DNA of 64,000 bases from a virus. Numbering within the stretch: the first letter of the stretch is position 1; each line of letters opens with the position of its first letter. A model generated the notes under the pieces. The model made no database searches. It was not told where the DNA came from and saw only the letters and a list, made by a program, of their open reading frames with translations. The stretch is from positions 3,247 to 67,246 of IMG/VR virus record IMGVR_UViG_3300020581_000002, one strand, 5' to 3'. The translations under genes were made by a program, and so were the position numbers. Shown piece by piece: positions 43,303 through 53,199 of the stretch.

Positions 43303-43787
43303 GACAGGTCAATACCCACGAGGTAGATATCCGCCGTCGCCGCGACGGGCTGAGCCGTCGTAAGCGCGAACCAAATATTGAGCAGCCCGCCGATCGTCCC
43401 GAGGTTCGCGGACGAGAACCGCGTGCCGCTCCCGAACGCCGCGAGCGTGGCGTTAAGCAGCGCGTTGGCGGTCGTGAGCGCCGAGTATGCCTGCGCAGCT
43501 GCCACGATCGGCGTGCCTGCCTTCGCTGCCTGCGGGTAGAACCCGCCCACGGCTGTCGTCAAATTGAGCGAGGCGTTCGTCACTATGATCCCGGTAAGCG
43601 CAAAGGCCGTCACGCGCTGCGGGATCGCGATCGGCTGGTCACTGGTCGTGTTGAAGTTGGCGCCGCGTAGCGAGGCGAGAACGCGCTGAGCTGCGAGCGC
43701 TGCGCCGCCGTCACCGATGACGCCTGGCGCGACCCACACAGGCAGATGCCCTGGAGTAATGTTGCCGCTTTGCTGGACAAAACCCAT
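43299..43787 (-). CDS. Virion/tail protein (QSGNITPGH module, no signal peptide)
   Basis: N-terminus matches the mature N-terminus of 41324..42715. Confidence 0.7.
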   Translation of the reverse strand: MGFVQQSGNITPGHLPVWVAPGVIGDGGAALAAQRVLASLRGANFNTTSDQPIAIPQRVTAFALTGIIVTNASLNLTTAVGGFYPQAAKAGTPIVAAAQAYSALTTANALLNATLAAFGSGTRFSSANLGTIGGLLNIWFALTTAQPVAATADIYLVGIDLS

Positions 43788-43790
43788 CGG

Positions 43791-44891
43791 CTACACCACG
43801 ACCATGGTACTGTCATCGGGACCAAAGACTCGCACGCGCCTAATGCTCAATGGCCAGTCGCCGCCACCCGGTTGGTTGCCGCAAGTGATGTAAAGCGAAT
43901 AGCCCAAGTAGTCGGGAGTGTTGGTCACATTCTCGATTGAGGAGAACGTGCCAGCCGGCGCTTCCGGTGGGTAGCTCGGCGGCGTCGTGCGCGAGAACGT
44001 CAAGCGATTCGGCGCGAACTCTTTGTCATCAAAATAGCGCTCCATGAACCCCGTGCCACCTCCGGTAACGGTGTCGATGAGCAAGTGGCCGACCGTGTGC
44101 AGGTCCGTACCATCGAATTTCGGATTGCCAAGGTCGGCGAACGTCGGTTGCGGGAACTGTCCACTCTGCAGAGGTGGATATGTAGTGACACCCTTTGAAA
44201 AATCCCCACAGTTGAAACCGATCGACCCGTTCTGTCCGGCCTCGACGGGAAGGCCGGCGAACCGCGTTTGTGGGAAAAACTCCAAGAAATCGATTTCCGT
44301 GCCTAGAATACCATTCCACCAATCGACACCCCAAAAAGCAGGAAAGCCCGCGCCGCCGCGCGCGAGGTGCTGGTCGAACGTGAACTGAAAATCAATGTAC
44401 CAAGGCGGACGGAAGAAACGACCGTGATTATTGGCTCTAAGCACCGCCATGTTTGCGGCGCTAGCATTCCCCAATGAGCCAGGGAACCAATTGCTGGCCA
44501 GCGTTGGCTGGTTATTTTGATAGTACGCGCCGGGTCGCGCCTGGGCGATCCGAAGGATGCCGTTGCTGACCGACAACGCGCTCGCAGGAATGTTCGGGAT
44601 CAGGCCATAAGCAGGGTTTTCTCCCGGCTGCCCAATGTAGCTGTTGGCAACCCACCAGTCCGTTGTCGCGGTCGAGGTGTTGGCGTTGTTGATGTCGATG
44701 CGCGACAGGTCGGTGAATGGACCAGACTGAAACACAAGTTTCGGCAGGCCGTGGGCAACCGCCTGCAGTGGAGGCGTCGCATCGAGCGCGACTTGCATGG
44801 GGTCGAGGATCGCTTTCAGCGCGTCATCTGACGCGCCGATGCTTGTTCGTATCTGCTGCAAGGCTGCAAGCGTGGCAGGTTGGATGCTCAT
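43791..44891 (-). CDS. GH16-like glycoside hydrolase domain protein
   Basis: FPAFW and EIDFLE (ExDxxE) motifs, HTVG, IRRVRVF; GGAGGT RBS. Confidence 0.7.
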   Translation of the reverse strand: MSIQPATLAALQQIRTSIGASDDALKAILDPMQVALDATPPLQAVAHGLPKLVFQSGPFTDLSRIDINNANTSTATTDWWVANSYIGQPGENPAYGLIPNIPASALSVSNGILRIAQARPGAYYQNNQPTLASNWFPGSLGNASAANMAVLRANNHGRFFRPPWYIDFQFTFDQHLARGGAGFPAFWGVDWWNGILGTEIDFLEFFPQTRFAGLPVEAGQNGSIGFNCGDFSKGVTTYPPLQSGQFPQPTFADLGNPKFDGTDLHTVGHLLIDTVTGGGTGFMERYFDDKEFAPNRLTFSRTTPPSYPPEAPAGTFSSIENVTNTPDYLGYSLYITCGNQPGGGDWPLSIRRVRVFGPDDSTMVVV

Positions 44892-44904
44892 GGTGAGCAC
44901 CTCC

Positions 44905-47349
44905 CTACGCGGTTACAGGAGGGGCATTGCCGGGCGACGAGTTCCAGCCTGACGCAGTCGAGACGTACCAATTGCCCTGGTTGTTCTTGGTCCACACGAT
45001 GCCGGTTTTGTCGATCGTGAGCGAGGCACCGCTTCCATTGGCGAACGGCACGTTGTCCCGGAGAATGACGAAGCCGTAGGGAGCCGTAGCGCCAAGCGAC
45101 CAGACGTGGCCCGCAGCATCCGTTATGGTCGCACCGCCTACAGGCGTCGTGCCACTGATCGTAGTCCCAGGAGGAGACGTAGTTCCCGGAGGGAGTCCCG
45201 CTGCGTTGGCGAGGATTGCAGCGAACTGCGTCAAGGCGCTCTGGATTTGCCCGTAAACGCTTTGTAGCTGCGCGAGCGTCGTCGGGTCTATGATGGCGGC
45301 CATGTTGATCCCCTTGATGTGGATGCCCGTCTTGCAGTTCTCGATTGTAACACGAGCGAACCTGACATCGGTAGCCCCAGCCGGCAAATCGACTAGCAGC
45401 GTCGGATGCGTAGCGCGCGACTGCGCCAACGCGGCGCGTATCTGGTCATCAGTCGCCACCACGGCGTCTGCGATGGGCGTCGAGCCGTTGGTCGTACCGT
45501 AGAGGCGGTTCTCCAGCGTCCCAGCCCCCGCAGCGTATGGGACCGTAGTGAACGCCGACAGGAAGCTGCATCCACCCACAAAGCTAGCGTTGTTGGCGCT
45601 GCCGCCCAACGTCGTACTCAAGACCGTAGCGGAACCGGAGACAGCAACAGCCCCGGCTGATTGCATGTTGTGGACGCAACCTTCGACCGTCACTTCGCCT
45701 TCACCCATCACCGACACCAGGACCGGATTGATAGCGCCGCCTGTAGGCGTGTCGTTCCACATGTCACGCACGACGACGTTTGCGCTGTCGGCCAACACGT
45801 TAGTCACGTTGAGGTCGGCAGAGCCGGCGAGCATCGCCATCAGTGATGCAACGCCACCTTCAATCTGGGCGCCAACGGCGCAATTTTCAAAGTTGAAATC
45901 CCGCAACTCGACGAGCGCGAAGTTCACACCATCGACGAAGATGCCAGCGGCGCTCGCTGCGATGAAGATCGGCTCTTGCAAGAGGACGCGGCCAGAAAAT
46001 GCGTCCTCAATCGTTATCGCCGTATCAGCGGCATTCTTGACGTGCAAGCCGCTCAACGTGACGCGTGATCGCCCTTGAATGTCGATGCCGATCCCCGGCG
46101 TGTTACCGCAGTCGATGATCGTATTCGGCCACCCATCGCCGATGATCTGTACATCGCACACCGGCACCGTGATCGGCTTGCGCAGCGCGAGCGTGCCGAC
46201 CGGGATGTGCACGACTGGCTTGCTGCCATTGAGCGCGGCGGCTTGCGTGATAGCGGCTTGGAGCGCGGTGCCGTCGTCCGTGATCGGCACTTCGAAGACC
46301 TGACGGCTCGTCAACAGGGGCGTAGGCGGCAACACCGGCATCAATGGCAACGTCAGCGAGGGCACAACCACATCATCGACAGAGCGCAACCGACTGGCCG
46401 TCGGCGATACCGTGTATTTGTTGCCGACAGAGATGATGTCGCCGCCGTTGGACGAGGTCACGGTGACGGGGCCGGCAATCGTGCTATCCGTGATCAGCAG
46501 CGGACCGCCATTGCCCATGTAGATGCCGCTGTCGGCAACGCAGTTCTGCATGCGAATTTGAGCGGCGTTTGTGTAATAGAAAACCGCATTGAGAAACTGC
46601 CGCGAGCCCTGCGAATAGCAATCACGAAAATTGAAATTTCCGGTGTTGCCAATTTGGATATCAGCAAATGTCGAACCGAGGAATTGGCAGCCATAGGCGT
46701 GGAACATGCCCGCGCCGTCCGCAATATTGTCCTGGGCGCTGTTGCTTAGCGATGTTCGGCAATTCACAAACTCACAGAACCAGAACCACCAATCGAGGCA
46801 GTTGAAATTGCGCAGTAGGACGCCGTTTTTGAGCCCGAGGAACTTGCAGCGCAGAACCGAACTCTCGGCCTCGCCGATACCTGCTTCTCCAGCCCTTATG
46901 CCTATCGAGGCGTTCTGAAAAATAAGATCCGCGTACTCGTTGCCAGTACCAAACTGACGCGGTGGTCCGCCAACGAGCGCATTCTGATCCACCAAAATGG
47001 TCGTATTGCGGCTCCCGTCCAGGGTCAGCCGACCAAGTCGCCCGTAGGCGCAACCGTCAAGATGCAGCAACGTACCGTCTGCAGCACCGCCCCACTTGAT
47101 GGTCGTCGTCGCGGGATCGGCCCCGATTATACCCGCCCCGAGACCACCGAGCAGCGTGACGGTCTGTGTGACGAGATACGTCCCGGCTGGAATGAACAGA
47201 TTGCGCGGTCTGCCAGTTGCCGTGAGATCGCTCACCGCCGCCTGCAAGGCGGCCGTATCGTCGAATATGCCATCGCCCTTGGCGCCGTAGTCACGCTTGA
47301 GGTTAGACCAACTGGCGAAAGGACCGAAGAACTTTTCCTGCGCACCCAT
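44905..47349 (-). CDS. Tailspike/depolymerase with two pectate-lyase-like beta-helix units
   Basis: DYGAKGDGIFDDTAALQAA...FIPAGTY and DDGTALQAAI...HIPVGT. Confidence 0.85.
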   Translation of the reverse strand: MGAQEKFFGPFASWSNLKRDYGAKGDGIFDDTAALQAAVSDLTATGRPRNLFIPAGTYLVTQTVTLLGGLGAGIIGADPATTTIKWGGAADGTLLHLDGCAYGRLGRLTLDGSRNTTILVDQNALVGGPPRQFGTGNEYADLIFQNASIGIRAGEAGIGEAESSVLRCKFLGLKNGVLLRNFNCLDWWFWFCEFVNCRTSLSNSAQDNIADGAGMFHAYGCQFLGSTFADIQIGNTGNFNFRDCYSQGSRQFLNAVFYYTNAAQIRMQNCVADSGIYMGNGGPLLITDSTIAGPVTVTSSNGGDIISVGNKYTVSPTASRLRSVDDVVVPSLTLPLMPVLPPTPLLTSRQVFEVPITDDGTALQAAITQAAALNGSKPVVHIPVGTLALRKPITVPVCDVQIIGDGWPNTIIDCGNTPGIGIDIQGRSRVTLSGLHVKNAADTAITIEDAFSGRVLLQEPIFIAASAAGIFVDGVNFALVELRDFNFENCAVGAQIEGGVASLMAMLAGSADLNVTNVLADSANVVVRDMWNDTPTGGAINPVLVSVMGEGEVTVEGCVHNMQSAGAVAVSGSATVLSTTLGGSANNASFVGGCSFLSAFTTVPYAAGAGTLENRLYGTTNGSTPIADAVVATDDQIRAALAQSRATHPTLLVDLPAGATDVRFARVTIENCKTGIHIKGINMAAIIDPTTLAQLQSVYGQIQSALTQFAAILANAAGLPPGTTSPPGTTISGTTPVGGATITDAAGHVWSLGATAPYGFVILRDNVPFANGSGASLTIDKTGIVWTKNNQGNWYVSTASGWNSSPGNAPPVTA

Positions 47350-48851
47350 TAATTTTGCACCAGCTTGTCAGTCAAAAGCGTTTGCCATACCTGAATGTTT
47401 TTGACATGCATGGGCCAATTTCCAGCTGTCGTTCCGACATTGCATGCCGCCGTCGTAAACGAAGCTGTGCAACCGCTGCTTATAATCAGAATGAATCCAT
47501 TGCTACTATCTGCTTGTGTAAATGCCCCATCATAAGGGTTCATTGTGCAAGTTGCTTGTTTGCCACTTCCTTTGGCGAAATAGGTGCAGTTATTAGCATT
47601 GGTTGCGATCATCAACGATGACGCCACGGCTCCTCGGTTGAAGCTCAGAGCATAGACGCCAACCTTACCTGGAGTGCCGCTGGTTTGCGATGCGACCGTT
47701 GTCGCCGCTGTCGTGGAGTTGCCGTTTCCTATGTAGCTACCAGTAGCAATCGACCCAGTAGACAGCATTTGCGTCACATGAAGCGTCACGCCGTCGCTAT
47801 CGATTGAACCCGTAAAGACTGCATTACCGGGGCAGGTATCTGCGTCTACCAGATAGCCGTAAAACCCTACTCCGTTGTTTTTTGCCGGGGGCACCCACAA
47901 CTGATCAAAAGTGTGAAACGTATTACCATCTAAAACCGGATTGCATTCCGTCGAGCGCAGCGGCGGCGTGCCAAAGTAGTCCGAAAAAATCGAACCGCCC
48001 GAGCATGAGGCGCCGCAGAGATTATCGTGGAGGAAGTTGTTGAGCAACACGCTGCCATTGTTCGAGAAGCAGTCGCAATTATCGGTTTCGATAAAATTAG
48101 AACCAGGTGTCGTTCCGGGCCACGAAGTTAACCACCACGCAGGCCATCTCCAAGGCGAACCAGCTATGCCGTTCGGAGCCTTGGTCTCATCGAATGAAAC
48201 GTACGCGCGCGCGTAAAGACCATTCTTGAAACTAATACCCCGATAAGTTTCCGGTACACCCGAAGGCACATTCAGCGAGGTCCATGTGCTTATGCCGTAA
48301 TTGCTATCGCCCTGTGAAACATTAGTTAGTGTCAACCCGGTAACTGGATCAACCGATAAAGTGTTGGTAGCTTGAATGATCGAAGCCATGAACTCACAAC
48401 TAGCGAGCGTCTGCGCGGGACTAACCGTATATGTCCCCGTTCCGCCGGAACCTGCCGTAATAGTCGTCCCTATTGACGGAGCGCACCCTCCGGCTCCGAC
48501 ACCAGGACTCAATGTCATTCCAACTTTGAGTACCGCAGAAGACACAGCCGTTACTGTCATCGTGCCGGTGTTGGCAATCGAGGCAGTCAAATCTACACGA
48601 GTCAAACCCTGAGTACGCCAATTAAATCCAGCAGCATTAGTAGCGCCAAGATCTATCGTCGCAAGCGACGTCATCGGATCAAAAAATGTGCACGTATTAA
48701 ATCCAAAAGCACCAGCTGTACTCGGAATTGGGTCAGTACAACCTTGTGAAGAACCGCTTGAAAAAACTTGAAATATAGCAAATCCTGCCATCGCTAATTT
48801 AGCGATCAATAGAATACCAATAATTGATAATGCAATTAGAGAACGACGCAT
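47349..48851 (-). CDS. Signal-peptide, Cys-rich GH16-like protein
   Basis: MRRSLIALSIIGILLIAKLAMA; WPAWW, IETDNCD, FHTF, VKNIQVW; two inserted tail-type modules. Confidence 0.7.
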   Translation of the reverse strand: MRRSLIALSIIGILLIAKLAMAGFAIFQVFSSGSSQGCTDPIPSTAGAFGFNTCTFFDPMTSLATIDLGATNAAGFNWRTQGLTRVDLTASIANTGTMTVTAVSSAVLKVGMTLSPGVGAGGCAPSIGTTITAGSGGTGTYTVSPAQTLASCEFMASIIQATNTLSVDPVTGLTLTNVSQGDSNYGISTWTSLNVPSGVPETYRGISFKNGLYARAYVSFDETKAPNGIAGSPWRWPAWWLTSWPGTTPGSNFIETDNCDCFSNNGSVLLNNFLHDNLCGASCSGGSIFSDYFGTPPLRSTECNPVLDGNTFHTFDQLWVPPAKNNGVGFYGYLVDADTCPGNAVFTGSIDSDGVTLHVTQMLSTGSIATGSYIGNGNSTTAATTVASQTSGTPGKVGVYALSFNRGAVASSLMIATNANNCTYFAKGSGKQATCTMNPYDGAFTQADSSNGFILIISSGCTASFTTAACNVGTTAGNWPMHVKNIQVWQTLLTDKLVQN

Positions 48852-48861
48852 TAATCACCTA

Positions 48862-49773
48862 TTAGCTAGTTGGGCAAGAGCCATGAACTGTCATAAAATA
48901 AGTACAAAGACGACCTTCAAGGTTTGTAACATCAGTAGATGATAAACTGCCTCCGATAGTGATTGCACCAAGCTGTAAAATACTCCCGAAATTCACCGTT
49001 GATCCGGCAACACGCTGAGCAAGGATGGCAACGTTACCATTGAGAACGGCAGCAGACGATTCTGTGCTATCGCCGACGTCGGATGCATTCTTGTAATGTT
49101 GAACTGCACCAGCACCAGAACGATTAACTACATAATGTCCGATGCTGTCAGCATTCAATATCCCTGTAGCGTTTGTTGCGGAATTAGCATCACCGTAAAA
49201 GTTGCCATCATTGTATTTCGGAAACAGTCTCGTGGAATTAGTTGCCGCCAACACAAGACCCATAACCGTACCGCCCGATGCGCCGCTTGTCGCATTTGTG
49301 AAACTCCATGCCGATATGTGCGAAGAATTCTGCGTGAAATGCGGTGAAGTTGCAGTGGAAGGATTGAAACCCGTATCGATATAGATCGTTGTGCTGGCAT
49401 CGACACCGCTCCATCCATTATTTGCAGAAAAACAAGCAGTAGCCCCAGCGCAACCTGTTGAAACATTGCCGTTTGCGGTTCCATTAAAAGTGCCAGGATT
49501 GATAGCATTGACGAGAGAATTTGCACTAGAATTGATGGCAAAAATATAAAGCACATCAAGCTTGGCAAACACGCCATCGGTCACGAGCCCGCAGATCAGT
49601 GTCGTAATCGCCGCGGAGTTCTGACCGCTGTCGAGCATACCGTTATACGTAGTCGCTTGAGAGCAGCCGCCGCCTCCTGCCGAGGCCGAAACGAGCGGCA
49701 GCCAGCCAGCAGCGCGAACAGCGACAGCAGCAAGTACAAAGAAGACACCAATGACGGCGGCGAGCCGTTTCAT
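48862..49773 (-). CDS. Signal-peptide beta-sandwich (LamG/ConA-like) tail-module protein
   Basis: MKRLAAVIGVFFVLAAVAVRA; GVFAKLDVLYIFA, YIDTGFNPS, ITIGGSLS. Confidence 0.7.
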   Translation of the reverse strand: MKRLAAVIGVFFVLAAVAVRAAGWLPLVSASAGGGGCSQATTYNGMLDSGQNSAAITTLICGLVTDGVFAKLDVLYIFAINSSANSLVNAINPGTFNGTANGNVSTGCAGATACFSANNGWSGVDASTTIYIDTGFNPSTATSPHFTQNSSHISAWSFTNATSGASGGTVMGLVLAATNSTRLFPKYNDGNFYGDANSATNATGILNADSIGHYVVNRSGAGAVQHYKNASDVGDSTESSAAVLNGNVAILAQRVAGSTVNFGSILQLGAITIGGSLSSTDVTNLEGRLCTYFMTVHGSCPTS

Positions 49774-50030
49774 GGCTTCTTTTCCTCCCCGGCATTTTCC
49801 TTCGTTTTCTCGGCCGCATCGCGCTCGGCCTTCAACGCCTCGGGTAGCTTGACCTTCGCAAGATCACAAAAGTCCTGGAACCTCATGCGAAAGCCGTAAA
49901 GAGCCGCTTCACAGAGCAGCGGAATGATCGTCGCTTGATCGGCAAGCGTCAGCGGAATGTTGACCGTGGACTGCTGAGCGCCGGCACAAGATGGCGTAAG
50001 CAGAGTCAGAATGACTAAAATTCTTCGCAT
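49770..50030 (-). CDS. Small signal-peptide protein
   Basis: MRRILVILTLLTPSCAGA|QQ; GAGGT RBS. Confidence 0.65.
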   Translation of the reverse strand: MRRILVILTLLTPSCAGAQQSTVNIPLTLADQATIIPLLCEAALYGFRMRFQDFCDLAKVKLPEALKAERDAAEKTKENAGEEKKP

Positions 50031-50038
50031 ACCTTACC

Positions 50039-50383
50039 TCAATTCGGCGCGATCGGCACATAGGGCACGGCGTTCTGTAGAACCTGCAATTGAAACGCGT
50101 TGACTTGCCCCACGAACGTATCCCGCAAAGTTCCGGCCCAATAATTGAGAACTTGCGCAGTCGTGCACGTTCCGTTGATGCTGGTATTGCAGCCGGATTG
50201 GAAGACCTGCACGATATTGGTTTGCAACGTGTTAGGCTTAGCCGTTCCCGCATCAGTGAAAGTCCGCGAACAGCCTGCCATACAAAGACCAGCAGGCGTT
50301 GTAAGCGTGATCGTGATCGTGTCAGCAGCGGCCGGCAGGGAAAGGCAGGCGAGTAACGAAGCGAGCAAGAGTTGTTTCTTCAT
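50039..50383 (-). CDS. Small signal-peptide protein
   Basis: MKKQLLLASLLACLSLPAAA|DT. Confidence 0.7.
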   Translation of the reverse strand: MKKQLLLASLLACLSLPAAADTITITLTTPAGLCMAGCSRTFTDAGTAKPNTLQTNIVQVFQSGCNTSINGTCTTAQVLNYWAGTLRDTFVGQVNAFQLQVLQNAVPYVPIAPN

Positions 50384-50387
50384 GTGA

Positions 50388-51842
50388 TCAGTCCGTTTTC
50401 CATGAGGTTCCATCACAGTAGACCGAGGCGTGCGTGGTTCCGCCACTAACATAGGCGGTTAGAAACGTTGGCGTCAAAGCGTCGGAAACAGCGCCGCGGG
50501 ACCCTTCTGCGGCGCCATTGCATGTTGGCAACGCTGTACCGGCAGCGCTATAGATCAATGTATGTTGAAGTAGATTGGCGACCGTCACTTTTTGTGTACT
50601 ATCAACAGTTAGACCCGTCGTTCCTGAGTTGACCGATGTTCCAGTACTGCCAGCCGGCGCAGTTTGCACAACGAACGAACCGCCAGCGCCAGTTCCCTTT
50701 CCTGGACTGACAAGTAATGTAAAATTCTTGCCAGCCTGATCAGCCGTACCGCCTGCTAATGCTCCCTGCGTGCGAAAAATTTGCGCGACGATAGCTGCAT
50801 TCGTATCAACATCCACAGCACCTTGCTGTAAACTACCATTAGCAGGAGAATCTAGCTGCGTGCCACCATTGCGAAGTTGAATAGTTGCAGTATTATTACT
50901 CAAAGCAAAATTTCCGGTGCCAGTATATGAACCGGCACTAATATTACCAACAACAATATTTCCGCTAAAGGTATGAACACCGGCACCTGTTATACTATAA
51001 TCATATCTTAATGTTCCACCTACAGACAATCCTATTTTACCTGCCGCTGTAACATACCACCCCGTATTATTCTCAAAATTATTCATTGCAAGCGACGGAG
51101 CCGCTGCCGAACCAGCCCCATTCACTGCAATCGAATCAGAGCCAAGCGCCCAAGCTTTAGTAAGCGTGACATTGGTTCCAGCTACTGGAACCTTAATATA
51201 TGCCCCATAATAATTCGTGAACGTCGTCGCATTCGATGCGGCAACGGTATTGCCGCCGAAAATATCTGTATAAGCATTCGCAACTGTACCGCTTGATGTG
51301 GTATCTGTCATCGTCGCCGTAACGTTCGCGTAACGAATGCCAGCCGTTGTCCACGCTGCTGCGGAGATATTACCGCTCAAGCCGAAACTGCCACCTGCGA
51401 CAGTGGTCTTTCCATTAAGCGTAGCCGTCCCGGATGTACACAGCACATCCGAACCTATGGTGCAGCCACCGATCGCAACCGAGGTCGCAGTCGCAACACC
51501 GAGAACAGGTGTAATCAGCGTCGGCGAGGTCTGCATCACCGCGACCGTGCCGGTGCCGGTCAGCGTATATTCTCCAAGCACTCCCGCATTGTCATAGAGA
51601 ATGCGCGTCGTCGTCCCGCTCGTGATCGTGCTGGTTCCAACAGTGAGCCCACCGCCACTGCCACATGCGCCGGAGCCCACAGTACCGCTACTGATCGTGA
51701 GGCATTGGCCGTTTGACCCGCCCGTAACAGGCGTCGTATTGACGACAATCGTTGTCTGCGCCGAAGCCGTTATAGTCTGCGGGTAGGCAGGCGACAACGC
51801 GAAAAGTAGGCCAAAAAGAACACCAGCCAAGGTTCGTCGCAT
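50388..51842 (-). CDS. Tail-fibre-like protein with signal peptide
   Basis: MRRTLAGVLFGLLFALSPAYP|QT; TGTGTVAVMQTSPTLITPVLGVATATS motif; C-terminal LPTC...VSDA...VYCDGTSW. Confidence 0.75.
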   Translation of the reverse strand: MRRTLAGVLFGLLFALSPAYPQTITASAQTTIVVNTTPVTGGSNGQCLTISSGTVGSGACGSGGGLTVGTSTITSGTTTRILYDNAGVLGEYTLTGTGTVAVMQTSPTLITPVLGVATATSVAIGGCTIGSDVLCTSGTATLNGKTTVAGGSFGLSGNISAAAWTTAGIRYANVTATMTDTTSSGTVANAYTDIFGGNTVAASNATTFTNYYGAYIKVPVAGTNVTLTKAWALGSDSIAVNGAGSAAAPSLAMNNFENNTGWYVTAAGKIGLSVGGTLRYDYSITGAGVHTFSGNIVVGNISAGSYTGTGNFALSNNTATIQLRNGGTQLDSPANGSLQQGAVDVDTNAAIVAQIFRTQGALAGGTADQAGKNFTLLVSPGKGTGAGGSFVVQTAPAGSTGTSVNSGTTGLTVDSTQKVTVANLLQHTLIYSAAGTALPTCNGAAEGSRGAVSDALTPTFLTAYVSGGTTHASVYCDGTSWKTD

Positions 51843-53197
51843 CACATCACCATGCCATGAATAAAGCCCGTAGTCGCAAGCGTCAACGTCGCGCAAGTCG
51901 TGGAAGAAATTGCCGCAGTAATCCCTACCGAATAAACAGCAGGCGGTCCGCCAGCATAATTAACCGATCCAAAACCGCCGGCTGAAATCGGAATACATTC
52001 GACCATATTGCCAGATGCAACACCTGCCGTAGTTGATCCATTACTCGGTGCAGAGGTCGAATTGAACACCATCAACCAGCAAGCCGCCGAACATTCAGCG
52101 TAGACACTATAAAGATTGCCGGCCGCATTTTTAAGAACAAGTGATGACGCTGCCGAACCACCAACGACCGGTGTTATGCCAACCAATGCCGAAGATGACG
52201 GAGCAGGACCAACAAATGGAACAGCGTTCGCCGCAGCAGCAGGACCAAGCGTGATAATGCCTGGACTATCCGGCCGGAGATCGACCACAAGCGCCGTATT
52301 AGTTGCCGTAACCGGAGCAGTGTTTACTGCAACTTGACCTGTCGTAGTTGCAGTACCACCAAAAGCTGCAACATTAACTGGAATATTAGATTGATTACTC
52401 GCAACTACAACTGGCGACGAATTCGCCATCGTCGCTTGACCATTAACGTTCGCATTCGTGACATCGACATTGAGCGCGTTCGATGTCGATGCAATCACGT
52501 TGCCCGCGCCGTCTACAATCTGGGATTTTTGCGAAGCGTTCGTCTGGTTGGCAGAAGTCGCGAGCGTCGAGGTATTGAGATTGGTCCCAGCATTTGCGGT
52601 AACGGTAGGCGTATTTGTTATAAAAGCATTGACGCCCGGCACAAGAACCGCCCCCGGCGACGTGCCGTAATTCGCCATCGCGCCGAGGGTGCCGCCAGCC
52701 CAGGTCGTTATCGCCGACGATCCTCCGCCGCCTCCGCCACCACCGCCGGAACCCGTAGCGAGTCCCGTTCCGCCCGAAAGAACCACGAGGTTAGAAACCG
52801 TCCCCGTCTGGTCGATACAAGCGATATTGGTGTTGGCCCCAACCGTGTAGGAAAAAAACCCTCCTGGCGCTATCTGGTCTTCGTTTGCAACCGCCGTCGC
52901 GCCGAGCGTGCAAGAAACCGCTGTCGTCCCGGTGTTGTAAGCGACAACAACAATTCCGGCCGGCAACGCGGTCGTCGCCGAAGATCCGGTAGCGGTCAGC
53001 GTCGCGTAGGCGCCTCCTGGCGCGAAGCCGCCCACTGTGGCGCTAACCGTGGCGGTGACAGGCAAAGGGTTAGACGCCGAGACAGGGGGGCAGTTATTAA
53101 CCCCTAGCGTCACACACGGACGCACAATAGCTTGCGCCGACCCCTCGACATAACTTAGTAAAAGCAGGGCGATGGCAAGCCCGAGTTTGCGGAGCAT
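51842..53197 (-). CDS. Tail-module protein with signal peptide
   Basis: MLRKLGLAIALLLLSYVEGSA|QA; GQATMANSSPVVVASNQ motif; C-terminal VLKNAAGNLYS beta domain. Confidence 0.75.
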   Translation of the reverse strand: MLRKLGLAIALLLLSYVEGSAQAIVRPCVTLGVNNCPPVSASNPLPVTATVSATVGGFAPGGAYATLTATGSSATTALPAGIVVVAYNTGTTAVSCTLGATAVANEDQIAPGGFFSYTVGANTNIACIDQTGTVSNLVVLSGGTGLATGSGGGGGGGGGSSAITTWAGGTLGAMANYGTSPGAVLVPGVNAFITNTPTVTANAGTNLNTSTLATSANQTNASQKSQIVDGAGNVIASTSNALNVDVTNANVNGQATMANSSPVVVASNQSNIPVNVAAFGGTATTTGQVAVNTAPVTATNTALVVDLRPDSPGIITLGPAAAANAVPFVGPAPSSSALVGITPVVGGSAASSLVLKNAAGNLYSVYAECSAACWLMVFNSTSAPSNGSTTAGVASGNMVECIPISAGGFGSVNYAGGPPAVYSVGITAAISSTTCATLTLATTGFIHGMVM

Positions 53198-53199
53198 AG

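Noticed and set aside
49770-50030. o-spanin lipoprotein
   Set aside because: TPSC is a poor lipobox, an AGA-QQ signal peptidase I site follows, and no paired i-spanin is evident.
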